Assembly (NCBI GenBank): GCA_016928995.1
Contig: JAFGJS010000042.1
Coordinates: 31,726-95,725, forward strand
Direction of reading: 5' to 3'
DNA length: 64,000 nucleotides
Origin: Candidatus Sumerlaeota bacterium
Lineage (GTDB): Bacteria > Sumerlaeota > Sumerlaeia > JAFGJS01
The notes beneath the pieces are model-generated. The model saw only the letters and a list, made by a program, of their open reading frames with translations. It made no database searches and had not been told where the DNA came from. Position 1 is the stretch's first letter. Each line of letters begins with the position of its first letter. This document shows positions 1 to 10,171 of the stretch, piece after piece. The translations under genes were made by a program, and so were the position numbers.

Positions 1-2845
1 CGCGATCCGTGCGGCCGGCCCGTTCTTTGCGGCTGAAGACTTTGGTGTCCACCACGATGCCCTGAACGCCGGGCGGCACTTTGAGCGAGGCGTCGCGCAC
101 GTCGCCGGCTTTTTCGCCGAAGATCGCCCGCAGGAGTTTCTCCTCGCTGGTGAGCTCCGTCTCGCCTTTCGGGGAGACTTTGCCGACAAGAATATCGCCG
201 GGTTTGATTTCGGCGCCGATGTAAACGATGCCGTCCTCGTCGAGTTTGGCCAACGCCTCTTCGCTGACGTTGGGGATGTCCTGAGTGATTTCTTCCTTGC
301 CCAGTTTGGTGTCGCGAGCGTCGATTTCGAACTCCTCGATGTGGATCGAGGTGAAAACGTCGTGCTTCACAAGGTTTTCGCTGATGAGAATCGCGTCCTC
401 GTAGTTGTAACCGCCCCATGGCATGAAGGCGACCAGCACGTTGCGGCCGAGTGCGAGTTCGCCTTGTTCGCAGGCTGGTCCGTCAGCGAGCACTTGTCCT
501 TTTCTCACTTTTTCACCAAGGGTCACCAGCGGCTTTTGATTGATGCACGTGTTCTGATTGGAGCGTTTGAACTTGAGGAGTTTGAACACGTCGGCTTGAT
601 CCGAACGGCTGCGTTTCACGCGGATCTCGTTTGATGTGGAATACTCGACTGTGCCGTCGGCCGGGGCGATAACGCATACGCCGCTGTCCTGCGCCGCCTT
701 GAATTCCATGCCCGTGCCGACATAAGGCGCGTTGGTGAAAATCAGCGGCACGGCCTGACGCTGCATGTTCGAACCCATCAGCGCGCGGTTCGCGTCGTCA
801 TGCTCCAAAAATGGAATCAACGCCGCCGAGACAGACACAAGCTGTTTGGGCGAGATGTCCATGTATTGCGGAATTTTGCGGTCGATCTGCTGGAAATCGC
901 CCGCTTTACGGACGAACACCAGCGGATTGCGGAATTTCTTATTCTCCACCGGGGCGTTGGCCTGGGCGATGGTGTATTCGTCCTCCACATCCGCCGTCAG
1001 ATACTCGATATCCCCGGTCACGGTCGCGTTGTCGCACCGCACATACGGCGTTTCGATGAAGCCGTATTCATTGATGCGCGCAAATGTGGAGAGCGATGAA
1101 ATCAGGCCGATGTTCGGGCCTTCCGGCGTTTCAATCGGGCAGATGCGGCCGTAGTGCGAGTGATGCACGTCGCGCACCTCGAAGCCCGCGCGATCGCGGC
1201 TCAAGCCGCCGGGTCCAAGCGCCGAAAGACGCCGTTTGTGCGTCAGTTCGGAAAGCGGGTTGGTCTGATCCATGAACTGGCTCAGCTGGCTGCGGCCGAA
1301 GAAATCCTTGATCGCCGTGGCCACGGGCTTGGCGTTGATCAGATTGTGCGGCAGCAGGTTCTCCAGGTCCACGATGGCCATGCGGTCGCGCGCGGTCTTT
1401 TCCATCTCCGCCAGTCCCATGCGGATCTGGTTTTGCAGCAGCTCGCCCACGGAACGCACGCGGCGATTGCCCAGATGGTCGATGTCGTCCACGTCCACCT
1501 GCTCCTTGGCGAGACGGATGAGGTGGCCGACGACGTCTACGATATCCTGCAAATAGAGAATGCGGTCCGGGGTTTCGTCTGGTTCGCGTTTGAAACGGCG
1601 ATTGATTTTATAGCGGCCGACATTGCCTAAATCGTAACGTTTCTCGCTGAAGAACATCTCCTCCAGCAGCCGCTTGCCACTCTGGACGGAAACCGGGTTG
1701 CCGGGACGCAGGCGCTTGAAGATTTCGACCAGCGCCTCTTCGTAGGTCTTCACCTTGTCCTTGGAGAGCGTGCTGAGAATGATGTCGGTCTCTTCCTCGT
1801 CCACCTCAAGCGCGACGATCTCCTTGATGCCGGCGTCCACGGCCATGCGCAGGAAATCGGTGGTGATGCGATCCCAGCATTCGCCCAGAACTTCGCCCGT
1901 TTCCCAATCGATCACGTCCGCGCCGAGAATGCGGCCAAGCATGCTGCTGTAGCTTTCGGAGGCGCTGAGCAGGGCGTCTTTGATCTTGTTGTTCTTGAGC
2001 AGTTCGATGACTTTCTTCGTGACTTTCGCGCCTTTTTCCACCAGCCGCTTTTGGCCTTTGGCGTCGAAGATGTCCTCCATGAACTCTTCACCGAGGTACT
2101 TCTCCAGATCGCCGATTTTCGTCTCGCCCCGGCCGATATTCTTCAGGGTAATCGATTCGCGATTGAAGAAGGCGGCGGCGATTTCCTCGTCCAATTCGAA
2201 GCCGAAGGCGCGCAGGAAGGTGGTGACCGGAATCTTGCGCTTGCGGTCGATCATGACCGAGCAGACGTTGTAAATGTCGATCTCAAACTCAACCCAGGCG
2301 CCGCGGTACGGGATGATGCGCGCGCTGTAGGTCGGCTTGCCGTTCGGATGGATCGCCGAGGCGAAGGAGACGCCGGGGCTGCGGTGCAGTTGGCTGACGA
2401 CGACGCGCTCGGCGCCGTTGATGATGAAGGTGCCGTTGTCGGTCATGAGCGGAATTTCGCCCATGTAGCACTCTTGCTCCTTGATGTCCTTGATCTCCGT
2501 CTCGCCGGTTTCCTCGTCGGTCTCGCGCACGATGAGCTGAAGCTTGACTTTCAGCGGAGCGGCGAAGGTCATGCCGCGTTCGATGCATTCCTTGACGCTG
2601 TATTTCGGCAGACCGAAGCTGTAGTCGACAAACTCCAGCGTCGAGGGATTCCCGTGCGTGCTGATGGGGAAAATGCTCTTGAACGCTTCCTGCAGGCCGA
2701 TGTCCTCGCGTTCATCCGCGGGAGTCTCGTCCTGAAGAAAGATCCGGTAAGATTCCTTCTGCGTTTCAAGCAGATAGGGCATCTCCATCGCGTCGGTGAT
2801 TCGAGCGAAGGTATGGCGGCTATGCGCTCCGTTGTTCTGGGGCAT
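1..2845 (-). CDS. rpoB: DNA-directed RNA polymerase subunit beta, N-terminal ~948 aa (C-terminus lies beyond the left edge)
   Basis: Absent from the ORF track because it is open at the window edge. Minus-strand translation from the ATG (complement of 2843-2845, AGGAGG 9 nt upstream) reads [33 protein letters not shown]... It continues through ...[18 protein letters not shown]... and ...[39 protein letters not shown]..., ending at the edge with ...[26 protein letters not shown]. It lies directly downstream of rplL, as in most bacteria. Confidence 0.95.
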   Translation of the reverse strand, partial: MPQNNGAHSRHTFARITDAMEMPYLLETQKESYRIFLQDETPADEREDIGLQEAFKSIFPISTHGNPSTLEFVDYSFGLPKYSVKECIERGMTFAAPLKVKLQLIVRETDEETGETEIKDIKEQECYMGEIPLMTDNGTFIINGAERVVVSQLHRSPGVSFASAIHPNGKPTYSARIIPYRGAWVEFEIDIYNVCSVMIDRKRKIPVTTFLRAFGFELDEEIAAAFFNRESITLKNIGRGETKIGDLEKYLGEEFMEDIFDAKGQKRLVEKGAKVTKKVIELLKNNKIKDALLSASESYSSMLGRILGADVIDWETGEVLGECWDRITTDFLRMAVDAGIKEIVALEVDEEETDIILSTLSKDKVKTYEEALVEIFKRLRPGNPVSVQSGKRLLEEMFFSEKRYDLGNVGRYKINRRFKREPDETPDRILYLQDIVDVVGHLIRLAKEQVDVDDIDHLGNRRVRSVGELLQNQIRMGLAEMEKTARDRMAIVDLENLLPHNLINAKPVATAIKDFFGRSQLSQFMDQTNPLSELTHKRRLSALGPGGLSRDRAGFEVRDVHHSHYGRICPIETPEGPNIGLISSLSTFARINEYGFIETPYVRCDNATVTGDIEYLTADVEDEYTIAQANAPVENKKFRNPLVFVRKAGDFQQIDRKIPQYMDISPKQLVSVSAALIPFLEHDDANRALMGSNMQRQAVPLIFTNAPYVGTGMEFKAAQDSGVCVIAPADGTVEYSTSNEIRVKRSRSDQADVFKLLKFKRSNQNTCINQKPLVTLGEKVRKGQVLADGPACEQGELALGRNVLVAFMPWGGYNYEDAILISENLVKHDVFTSIHIEEFEIDARDTKLGKEEITQDIPNVSEEALAKLDEDGIVYIGAEIKPGDILVGKVSPKGETELTSEEKLLRAIFGEKAGDVRDASLKVPPGVQGIVVDTKVFSRKERAGRTDR

Positions 2846-3196
2846 GGAGAGGAACCTCCTGGTGGTTTGGCGTGCGTTAAACAAAAGGGAGCAGGCTCTT
2901 TCAGCCGGCGGCGCATCCTGCCATGGCCCTGCCGCCTTTTGTTGAACGCATAGCGATCATAAGCACAAAAAGCCCCAATTCAGTTGACTCGCTGTTCCTC
3001 TCAATTCCAAGGATACGAGCGGCAACTGATGGGGGTCTAAGGACCATTCACTATGCCGTCTTTTTTGCACTTGCGCCGAATCGAAACAAATTCTTGTCCG
3101 ATTTTTCTCCGCACGCCTATTCGTCGTTTTTCCGCATGCGGGAAGTTACTATTTGATCAAAACGCCCTGCGAAATGCAAGGGCGAAATCCCTGACC

Positions 3197-3221
3197 GAAG
3201 CCGTCAAAACGCGACGGCTTC
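3197..3221 (-). terminator. Perfect 9-bp hairpin in the rplL-rpoB spacer (possible attenuator or partial terminator)
   Basis: gaagccgtc/aaaacgc/gacggcttc, about 30 nt downstream of the rplL stop. There is no clear U-run. A partial terminator in this spacer is known in E. coli, so the assignment here is by analogy only. Confidence 0.3.
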
Positions 3222-3251
3222 GATCAGGATAAACAACTGACTTGAAAGTAC

Positions 3252-3647
3252 TTACTTAACTTCAACCTCTGCGCCGGCGTCCTTCAGCTGCTTGGCCACT
3301 TTCTCGGCCTCTTCTTTCGGGACGTCTTTCATCACGTCGCACGGAGCGCTTTCCACCAGGTCCTTGGCTTCTTTCAAGCCCTGGCCGGTGATGGCGCGGA
3401 TTTCCTTGATGACCTTGATCTTCTCAGGGCCGAAGGATTTCATGTGCACCGTGAATTCGGTTTGCTCGGCGGCGGCTTCCGCAGGAGCTGCGGCGGCGGC
3501 GCCGGGCATGGCGGCCATCATCATGCCGCCGGCGGGCGCGGAGGCTTCCACGTCGAATTTTTCGCAGAACGCGTCCACGAATTCTTTTACCTGGACCAGG
3601 TTCCATTCGGACACTGCGTCCAAAACTTCAGTCGGGGTCAAAGCCAT
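3252..3647 (-). CDS. rplL: 50S ribosomal protein L7/L12
   Basis: 131-aa ORF with an Ala-rich hinge ([17 protein letters not shown]) and the conserved C-terminal domain [24 protein letters not shown]...[11 protein letters not shown]. Confidence 0.95.
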   Translation of the reverse strand: MALTPTEVLDAVSEWNLVQVKEFVDAFCEKFDVEASAPAGGMMMAAMPGAAAAAPAEAAAEQTEFTVHMKSFGPEKIKVIKEIRAITGQGLKEAKDLVESAPCDVMKDVPKEEAEKVAKQLKDAGAEVEVK

Positions 3648-3727
3648 TTTTCTATCTCCTTAGGATTGTGTTTTGTTTTGAATTTTTTAAGTCGTTCGTT
3701 GACGCCGCTCAGCGGCGACCGCCGTTT

Positions 3728-4324
3728 TTACGCTTCTTCCAGCTTGGCGGCGTAGTTCTGGAATGCGTTGAGCATTTTGCGGCGCGAATTCTCCAGCATG
3801 CAGGCGACTTCGCGTTGCGGAGCGGTCATCATATACGCGACCTGCCGCAAGGGCTGCAACATCGAGCCGGCCAGCTGACCGCGCAATTCGCGCAGCCCGG
3901 GCATTTTCGACAGGGCTTTCACACCGTCGGCTTCAAGGACTTCCGAACCCAGGATCGCGCCCTTCAGTTCGAACTTCTTGTTGTCATCGGCGTATTTCAG
4001 CACCGTCTTGGCCAGCGCGACAGGATCTTCGAATCCGAACGCCACGCCTGTCGGGCCTTTGATCTTCAGACCCAGATTATTCGCCGCTGGATTATCGCCC
4101 AGGGCGATCTTCATCAGGCGGTTCTTGACGACGTGGAACTCGGCGTTTTCCTGACGCAGCCGTTTGCGCAGATCATCCATATCGGCCACGGTCATGCCGC
4201 GATAATCGGCCAGCACCATCACCTGAGAACCATCGACCATTTCGGTCAGTTCTTTGACGACTTGCGCTTTCTTAGGATTGGGCACCCGCTTCACCCCCCT
4301 TCTCAAAATAGCCGCCCGAGCCAT
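3728..4324 (-). CDS. rplJ: 50S ribosomal protein L10
   Basis: ...PNPKKAQVVKELTEMVDGSQVMVLADYRGMTVADMDDLRKRLRQENAEFHVVKNRL... It sits between rplA and rplL. The start is placed at the internal ATG (MARAAIL...). The track ORF extends to 4390, and that extension looks non-coding. A GTG at 4294 is an alternative start. Confidence 0.85.
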   Translation of the reverse strand: MARAAILRRGVKRVPNPKKAQVVKELTEMVDGSQVMVLADYRGMTVADMDDLRKRLRQENAEFHVVKNRLMKIALGDNPAANNLGLKIKGPTGVAFGFEDPVALAKTVLKYADDNKKFELKGAILGSEVLEADGVKALSKMPGLRELRGQLAGSMLQPLRQVAYMMTAPQREVACMLENSRRKMLNAFQNYAAKLEEA

Positions 4325-4618
4325 GTTCAACGGCGCCGCATGCTTCTGACGGCGTCCAGTGGATCGCCGCCGTTCAAAACAAAACGACAACCTCGGAACT
4401 CAAGACCCTCGGCAGGCGCTCCGCTTACGCGGGCTTTGACGGCGAAAGGCCGGACCTGCTGTCTTCAGACTCAAGCGAGTTGTGGCGTTTATTTTAGATT
4501 TCAGAGTTTAGAGTTCAGTGTTCAGCATCGCCGGACCGGTCAGACTCGTCCGACATGTCCGGCAATCATTTTTTCTGAACCATAGCCCCGAATTAAAATC
4601 CAATCTCGAACTTAAAAC
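4325..4618 (-). promoter_or_regulatory. Long untranslated rplA-rplJ spacer; candidate L10(L12)4 autoregulatory leader
   Basis: About 290 nt with no credible ORF, directly upstream of rplJ. This position matches the ribosomal protein L10 leader (Rfam RF00557). I did not verify the structure by hand. Confidence 0.3.
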
Positions 4619-5305
4619 TTATTCCGCCGCGATCCGGAAGCCCGGTCCCATGGTCGAGCTGATCGCGATGCTTTTCACATAGCCGCCCTTCACGCTCGAC
4701 GGACGCTTGCGCATCAATTCGTCAATCAGCGCCTTGGCGTTTTCCGCGATTTGCTCGGCGGTGAACTCCACCTTGCCGATGGCACATTGCACGATGCCCT
4801 TGCGCTCGACGCGGAACTGAATCTGGCCGGATTTCAGGTTCTGCACCGCTTCAGCGACGTTCGGCGTCACGGTGCCGGTCTTGGGGTTCGGCATCAGGCC
4901 GCGCGGACCGAGCACCTTGCCCAGACGGCCGACGACGCGCATCATGTCCGGCGTGGCTACGCAAGCGTCGAATTCCAGCCAACCCTCTTTCTGAATCTTG
5001 TCCGCCAATTCGTCGTCGCCCACGAAGTCCGCGCCGGCCTGCTCCGCCTCTTTGGCGGCTTCGCCCTTGGCGAAAACCAGCACGCGCACATCTTTTCCCG
5101 TGCCATGCGGCAGGGCGACGGTGCCGCGGATCTGCTGATCCGCATGGCGCGGATCGACATTCAGACGAACGGCGAGGTCGATGCTTTCGTTGAATTTTGC
5201 GTAGCGGATTTCTTTGATCTTCGTCGCCGCGTCAAGCAAGGAGTAAGTGGCGTTTCGATCAACGGCTTCCGCGGCTTTGCGGTAATTCTTGCCATGATGA
5301 CCCAT
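4619..5305 (-). CDS. rplA: 50S ribosomal protein L1
   Basis: 228 aa, ...[25 protein letters not shown]...[31 protein letters not shown]... Confidence 0.95.
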   Translation of the reverse strand: MGHHGKNYRKAAEAVDRNATYSLLDAATKIKEIRYAKFNESIDLAVRLNVDPRHADQQIRGTVALPHGTGKDVRVLVFAKGEAAKEAEQAGADFVGDDELADKIQKEGWLEFDACVATPDMMRVVGRLGKVLGPRGLMPNPKTGTVTPNVAEAVQNLKSGQIQFRVERKGIVQCAIGKVEFTAEQIAENAKALIDELMRKRPSSVKGGYVKSIAISSTMGPGFRIAAE

Positions 5306-5446
5306 TTTTTGCCTCCACGTGGTTCATGCGGCCGGGTATCCGAGCCTCCCACGGTTTTAAAGAGTTTAGAGTTTAGAGATCAGAATCAGAAAGCAACGTT
5401 CAGTTTTTCTGACGTTTCTAGCTCTGAATCATAAATTCCGGTTTGC

Positions 5447-5872
5447 TTAGTCCTTCACAGTGACGCCCATGCTGCGCGCCGTGCCGGCCAGCATGCTGAT
5501 CTGCGACTCCAGCTTGTGGGCATTCAGATCAGGCAGCTTCATCTTGGCGATCTCCGCCAGTTGGCTTTTGCTGATTGTGCCGACCTTTTGCTTGTTCGAC
5601 TGCGGAGAGCCTTTGTCCAGCTTGATCGCGCGTTTGATCAGCACGGAGGCCGGAGGGCTTTTGAGTTCGAACGTGAACGAGCGGTCGCTGTAAATCGTCA
5701 CGATCGCGGGGATGATCAGACCCGGCTTGTCCTGCGTCTTGGAGTTGAACGCCTTGCAGAACTCCATGATGTTGATGCCGTGCGCGCCGAGCGCCGGACC
5801 GACCGGAGGGGCCGGATTAGCCTGTCCCCCCGGGCATTGCAGTTTGACTTTGGCCACTTCTTTTTTCGCCAT
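5447..5872 (-). CDS. rplK: 50S ribosomal protein L11
   Basis: 141 aa, [43 protein letters not shown]... Confidence 0.95.
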   Translation of the reverse strand: MAKKEVAKVKLQCPGGQANPAPPVGPALGAHGINIMEFCKAFNSKTQDKPGLIIPAIVTIYSDRSFTFELKSPPASVLIKRAIKLDKGSPQSNKQKVGTISKSQLAEIAKMKLPDLNAHKLESQISMLAGTARSMGVTVKD

Positions 5873-5925
5873 GATTCGTAGTTCCTGCGGTTATTTTTAG
5901 GATTCTTTATTTTCTTTCTTCGAAA

Positions 5926-6459
5926 TCAAACGCCTTCGACTTGCAAGACATCAAGCTCCACGGCCGTGCTGCGGCCCAGGATGTTCACCATCACTTTCAA
6001 CCGCTGCTTTTCCGCATCCACTTCCTGCACGGTGCCGGTGAAGTTGACGAATGGCCCGTCGACGACCTTGACCTGCTCGCCGACGTTGTAGCTGATTTCA
6101 GCCTTCGGCTTCTCCTCTTCGGCTTGCTGCCGGTTGAGGATCTGATCCACCTCCGCCTGATTCAGCGGGATTGGAATCGTGCCGTCTCCGACAAAACCGG
6201 CGACGCCGGGCACCTTGGTGATCAGGTTGAACAGATCGTCATCGGGCTCCATATGCACCAGCACGTAACCGGGCATCATGATTTTCTGCCGGATTTCTTT
6301 CTTCCCTTTTTTGATCTCGACCACGTTTTCCATCGGGATGAAAAGCTGGTCGAACCGGTCGCGGTAGCCTTCCACCGTGACAAGGTGATCCACTGTGGTT
6401 TGAACTTTATTTTCAAACCCAGAGTACGTATGTAATGCAAACCACTGCATGTTATCCAT
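5926..6459 (-). CDS. nusG: Transcription termination/antitermination factor NusG
   Basis: 177 aa. NGN domain (WFALHTYSGFENKV...) and C-terminal KOW (VGEQVKVVDGPFVNFTGTVQEVD). It lies between secE and rplK. Confidence 0.93.
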   Translation of the reverse strand: MDNMQWFALHTYSGFENKVQTTVDHLVTVEGYRDRFDQLFIPMENVVEIKKGKKEIRQKIMMPGYVLVHMEPDDDLFNLITKVPGVAGFVGDGTIPIPLNQAEVDQILNRQQAEEEKPKAEISYNVGEQVKVVDGPFVNFTGTVQEVDAEKQRLKVMVNILGRSTAVELDVLQVEGV

Positions 6460-6481
6460 GAATCCGTTCGTCCCGGCAGGT

Positions 6482-6694
6482 TTACTTGATGCCCAGCACC
6501 ATTTCGATCAAGGTTTTATTCAGGCCGATGTCAACCAGCCAGATGAACATGGAGACTAAGATCGTGGCAATCAGCACCGCATATGTGTCGGACACGATCT
6601 GGTTCTTGTTGGGCCAGGAAACCTTCTCCATCTCTACCCGCACTTCTTTGAAGAAGCGCACTGTGCTTTCCGTCCATCTTCGAAACATAATCAT
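6482..6694 (-). CDS. secE: Preprotein translocase subunit SecE
   Basis: 70 aa. FFKEVRVEMEKVSWPNKNQIV followed by one TM helix. Canonical position between tRNA-Trp and nusG. Confidence 0.85.
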   Translation of the reverse strand: MIMFRRWTESTVRFFKEVRVEMEKVSWPNKNQIVSDTYAVLIATILVSMFIWLVDIGLNKTLIEMVLGIK

Positions 6695-6749
6695 TGCCGC
6701 CTGAATGAGATTCCGCTTGCTTTACGAGAAAACGAAGCGGATTGAAAGC

Positions 6750-6825
6750 TGGCAGGTCAGGAGGGAATCGAACCCCCAACCCCCGGTTTTGGAGACCGGT
6801 GCTCTGCCAATTGAGCTACTGACCT
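6750..6825 (-). tRNA. trnW: tRNA-Trp (anticodon CCA), 76 nt with encoded CCA end
   Basis: Minus-strand sequence, folded by hand: AGGTCAG-TA-GCTC-AATTGGC-AGAGC-A-CCGGT-CTCCAAA-ACCGG-GGGTT-GGGGG-TTCGATT-CCCTC-CTGACCT-G-CCA. This is a clean cloverleaf with CCA in the anticodon loop. Classic location upstream of secE. Confidence 0.9.
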
Positions 6826-7018
6826 GCATACGGCGGTTTGAGACGCCTGAGACAGTGTGAAATGAACCAATTGCAAATCACCGGTCTCATTCTCAGGATT
6901 CCCCCGCACACACCAACGCCTGCAAAGCGCATTCATGCCTAGCGCTTTGCAAGCAAATCGCTGAAAATAAAAAACTTAGGTCGCTTGCCACTTGCTTTTC
7001 CAGTGAACAAGAAGGCGA

Positions 7019-7047
7019 ATTTCAACAGTGTGCATGCACTATGTCAA
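7019..7047 (-). promoter_or_regulatory. Sigma70-like promoter candidate, TTGACA-17 nt-TGAAAT
   Basis: Minus strand reads ...ctgcTTGACAtagtgcatgcacactgtTGAAATtcgcc. It points toward tRNA-Trp/secE, about 185 nt upstream of the tRNA 5' end. This is a motif match only. Confidence 0.3.
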
Positions 7048-7424
7048 GCAGAATTTAGCGGCTTATGCACAATTTTCCACATGAAAAACGGCACACAGCC
7101 GGCAGCGTCAGCTATGATGCGAAACAATTCGGATTTCTCAACTTATACTGATGCGCTGGAAGATTCTCATTTTGGCTTTCGCGATCGAACATGCAAGCTC
7201 GATATTCAGTATAGAGTCTGTAAAGATTGTATCGGATTAAAGATGAAGGTTGCTTCAACATCAGGATGTCTCCCTGGAAATTAGAACGGCGCTTGAGGGA
7301 ATATTTGCTTGACCAGAAGCCGCTTTCGTATGCAGTTTTGAGATGTTGGACCAATTGAGGTTGAGGTTCTGTTTTTTTCCGCTTTCGCGGCAGTGAATTC
7401 CATTGACGAAACATTCGCACGCTT

Positions 7425-9593
7425 ATGACTGACGCATCATCCGGACAGGAATTCATCAACGAAGACGCAGCGCAGAAGACGCCGCGCCGAGAGGCGATCG
7501 GCAAGCCCTGCCGCAGCTGCGGGCATTTGAACGAGCTTCCCTTTGTGTTCTGCGAGGAGTGCGGCTCGCCGCGCGCGAAGCTGGGCCGCTTTCGCGTCAC
7601 GAGCTATGTGATGTTCGTGCTTGTCTGTTTCCTCGGCGCGTTCCTGCTGAACGGCAACGAAATCCTGCGGGAAGACTACATGCCGTGGCCATGGCCGCTG
7701 TATATCTTATACGCCGTTTTCTTCACGCATTTCACCAGCATCGTATCCCAGGGGCGCTTCTTCCAATGGTCGCGCATCGTGATCTGGTGCCTGTTGTTTT
7801 TCGGCGGATTTCTCGCCTTCTTCCACTTTCTGCATCTGGATACCTTCGGCAAGGATTTTTATTTCAGCGCCGTGACGGAACTGCGTGTGATCGCGCAGGA
7901 GCAGCCGCTGGCCGTGCTGCCCGTTGTGGCCGGAGTTCTGCTCGCCATCTGCGTGCCGCTGTATTTGCGCTGGACGCGGCTCTATGGCTGGGTGAACGCC
8001 TATCGCGTGACGCTGTTGACGGTGTTGATCTTCACCGTGCTTCTAATCGGCACCCTGCAACTGCTCGATTTTTGCTATCAGAAACAGTTGCTCCCCGCCA
8101 TTCAGGAAAACCTGGGGTCCATCATCGCCGAAGACAAGCCTGCGTACACGCGTTGGCTCACGCTTGTGGCCGTGCGGTTGTTCCAATTTTTCCTGTTCGA
8201 GGTTTTCGTCTTTTCCGCGGTCAAGGGCTACGCCAACACGCGGCGCTATAAATCGCCGCGGGACGCGGAGGAACTCAAACGCGCCAGCGGACTGACCAAG
8301 TCGGCGCTGCAACTGGTGGTGATGATCAAGCGCTTCGTGGCGGCGGTGGAAAGCATGGCGCGCTACATGGCCGCCACGCTGGTGGAACTGGTCAAAGACA
8401 TCATCACGGTCTGCCAGGCCACGGCGCGCGAAATGGTCACGCCGGTCATCGTGTTGACCTTGTCGGCGTATCTGATCCACCGCAACGCGTATTCCACCAT
8501 CGCTTACATCGATCCGGCGGATCCGGCCAACACGCCATTCATTAATTATCCGGCGATCATCGACCTGACTGTTTGCGTGACGCTGCTGCTGGCGGGCGCG
8601 ATGATCTTCATCGCCTGCAAGACGCAAATGCGCTGGCGCCGCATCATGGGATTTTACGGCGCGCTGATCAGCTGGCTGCTGCCGAATCTGCTGGTTTTCT
8701 TCCTGCTCATGTCCCTGACGCTTGCGCTCTCCAGCAAATCGTTGGAGTGGCTGGAACTGGACGAGGATTTTAGCCTGCCGTTTCGCGCGGGAGCGCTGAC
8801 GATCGGCGTGGGCGCGGCGCTGGCGATCCTCACGCTGGCGATCTTTATCCGGCGGCGCTTTCATCAAGATGCGGAGCAAGAATTAGCGGAGCAATCGACG
8901 GCAGCGCAGCCTGAGCCGGTCATTGAAACACCCCCGCCGCCGGAGACGGAAAAGAAGAAATCGCTCAAGGAACGCCTGCTCCCCTTCCAAGCCGGCGAAG
9001 AAAAACCGAACCTGGCCGGCGCGGCTAAAGGAACATTGCGCAAGCTCGGACTCGAAGCCAGCGCGCAGAGATTGATGGATTCCGCGCGGGAGATCAACGA
9101 GCGGCTGCAGGGAAAGCCGAAGATCATCGACGAACTGCTCGAAGTCAAAGAGCAGCTGCGCAAAAAAGAGCAGCAGATCGAGGCGCTGGAACGAACGCGT
9201 GAGAAAATCTCCGACGAGGTGTATGAGAACCTGCGACGCAAATACGACGGGGAACTGGCCGACCTCGTGTTTCATCGCAACAAGCTGCAGGCGCAGCTGG
9301 ACAAGGAATACGCCAAGTCGCTGGTGGACAAGGCCGCCGCTGAATTGCGCGTGACGGAGCTCGATGCGCGCAAGCAGGAGTACGCCGCGCTGCTGGAGGC
9401 CGGAGCGATCGAAAAGGCGCAGCATGACAAGGAAATCGCGGCCGTGGAACGCAAACTGGACCCCGCCCACGAAGAACTTTCCGCCATGACTCGTCTGGTC
9501 AGCTTTTACGCACAGCAAGCCTCTCGCGAAGCGATGCAGCAAGACCGGCAAGAACGCGAAGGACATGAGGCGCCTGAGTCCAGCGACGAATAA
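7425..9593 (+). CDS. Polytopic membrane protein with an N-terminal zinc ribbon and a C-terminal coiled coil (function unknown)
   Basis: 722-aa ORF. CRSCGHLNELPFVFCEECGSP (CxxC...CxxC). More than 10 hydrophobic segments. A proline/acidic linker (QPEPVIETPPPPETEKKK), then ~200 aa of heptad-like charged sequence (ELLEVKEQLRKKEQQIEALERTREK...). Confidence 0.75.
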   Translation: MTDASSGQEFINEDAAQKTPRREAIGKPCRSCGHLNELPFVFCEECGSPRAKLGRFRVTSYVMFVLVCFLGAFLLNGNEILREDYMPWPWPLYILYAVFFTHFTSIVSQGRFFQWSRIVIWCLLFFGGFLAFFHFLHLDTFGKDFYFSAVTELRVIAQEQPLAVLPVVAGVLLAICVPLYLRWTRLYGWVNAYRVTLLTVLIFTVLLIGTLQLLDFCYQKQLLPAIQENLGSIIAEDKPAYTRWLTLVAVRLFQFFLFEVFVFSAVKGYANTRRYKSPRDAEELKRASGLTKSALQLVVMIKRFVAAVESMARYMAATLVELVKDIITVCQATAREMVTPVIVLTLSAYLIHRNAYSTIAYIDPADPANTPFINYPAIIDLTVCVTLLLAGAMIFIACKTQMRWRRIMGFYGALISWLLPNLLVFFLLMSLTLALSSKSLEWLELDEDFSLPFRAGALTIGVGAALAILTLAIFIRRRFHQDAEQELAEQSTAAQPEPVIETPPPPETEKKKSLKERLLPFQAGEEKPNLAGAAKGTLRKLGLEASAQRLMDSAREINERLQGKPKIIDELLEVKEQLRKKEQQIEALERTREKISDEVYENLRRKYDGELADLVFHRNKLQAQLDKEYAKSLVDKAAAELRVTELDARKQEYAALLEAGAIEKAQHDKEIAAVERKLDPAHEELSAMTRLVSFYAQQASREAMQQDRQEREGHEAPESSDE

Positions 9594-9621
9594 TCCTTTT
9601 AGCACTGGAGATCATGAAGAG

Positions 9622-9804
9622 ATGATGGGGACGTTATGTCTAGTGACATATTGGCTGCTTTTTATCATCGCTCCTATAGTCTTGGCGGTATTGATTGTAC
9701 CGCAAGGATGGCGGCTGGCTATCGCGATTCCTCTCTTTGTCATCTTGATTTTCACAGGAGAGCTTGGATTCAGGGAATGGAAGAGACTTTGGCGTGTGCA
9801 ATGA
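9622..9804 (+). CDS. Small two-TM membrane protein (hypothetical)
   Basis: MMGTLCLVTYWLLFIIAPIVLAVLIVPQGWRLAIAIPLFVILIFTGELGFREWKRLWRVQ. GGAGA lies ~10 nt upstream of the ATG. It directly follows the 722-aa gene. Confidence 0.4.
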   Translation: MMGTLCLVTYWLLFIIAPIVLAVLIVPQGWRLAIAIPLFVILIFTGELGFREWKRLWRVQ

Positions 9805-9888
9805 AGACGAATCAAAAATTGTAAAAATTGGGACGCCAAACTTAATTCTTGGTAGTCGCCCAAGGCAATGTAAGCTTATACGTTATTT

Positions 9889-10010
9889 TTCGCGCAGAGA
9901 CGCAGGGACGCGGAGGAACGCACGAATATCAAATCTCTGCGCCTCCGCGCCTCTGCGTGAAATAAAGTTCCAACAAGAAAACTGCTGTGGATAAACAGCA
10001 GAATTTCAAG
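9889..10010 (+). repeat. Structured intergenic repeat, copy A (octamer-arm hairpin plus a second small hairpin)
   Basis: ttcgCGCAGAGACGCAGGGACGCGGAGGaacgcacgaatatcaaaTCTCTGCGCCTCCGCGCCTCTGCGtgaaa...ctgctgtggataaacagcagaatttcaag. It is ~85-90% identical by eye to copy C at 13657-13778. Confidence 0.8.
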
Positions 10011-10171
10011 CGTGAGTCAATAGACATTAGACAGCACTGCAACGCTATAATCCGAGGCCAAGCGAGAAGAATCCGAAGAACCTAAAATAACTTATAAAGC
10101 CACAAGTGTGATGATTCGTTGCGCTTGTCGCGTGAATGATAGAAACTCAAAATGAATTGGATTGAGTGCCA

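Noticed and set aside
341-2953. Many 60-300-aa ORFs on both strands within 1-2953, for example 2051-2953 (+).
   Set aside because: All overlap the rpoB frame, which reads through without stops and carries the universal beta-subunit motifs.
4325-4390. N-terminal 22-aa extension of rplJ (MSFCFERRRSTGRRQKHAAPLN).
   Set aside because: It is not L10-like. The conserved L10 N-terminus begins near PNPKKAQVV, so the internal start is preferred.
6828-7424. Search for rpmG (L33) or a tuf fragment upstream of tRNA-Trp, and the 99-aa and 162-aa ORFs listed there.
   Set aside because: There is no Cys-knuckle L33 pattern or EF-Tu G-domain motif in the minus-strand frames. The listed ORFs overlap each other on opposite strands in low-GC DNA and lack SD sequences.
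9764-9994. 76-aa plus-strand ORF (...RRDAGTRRNARISNLCASAPLREI...).
   Set aside because: It is simply a translation through repeat copy A. Equivalent reading through copies B and C gives similar pseudo-peptides.
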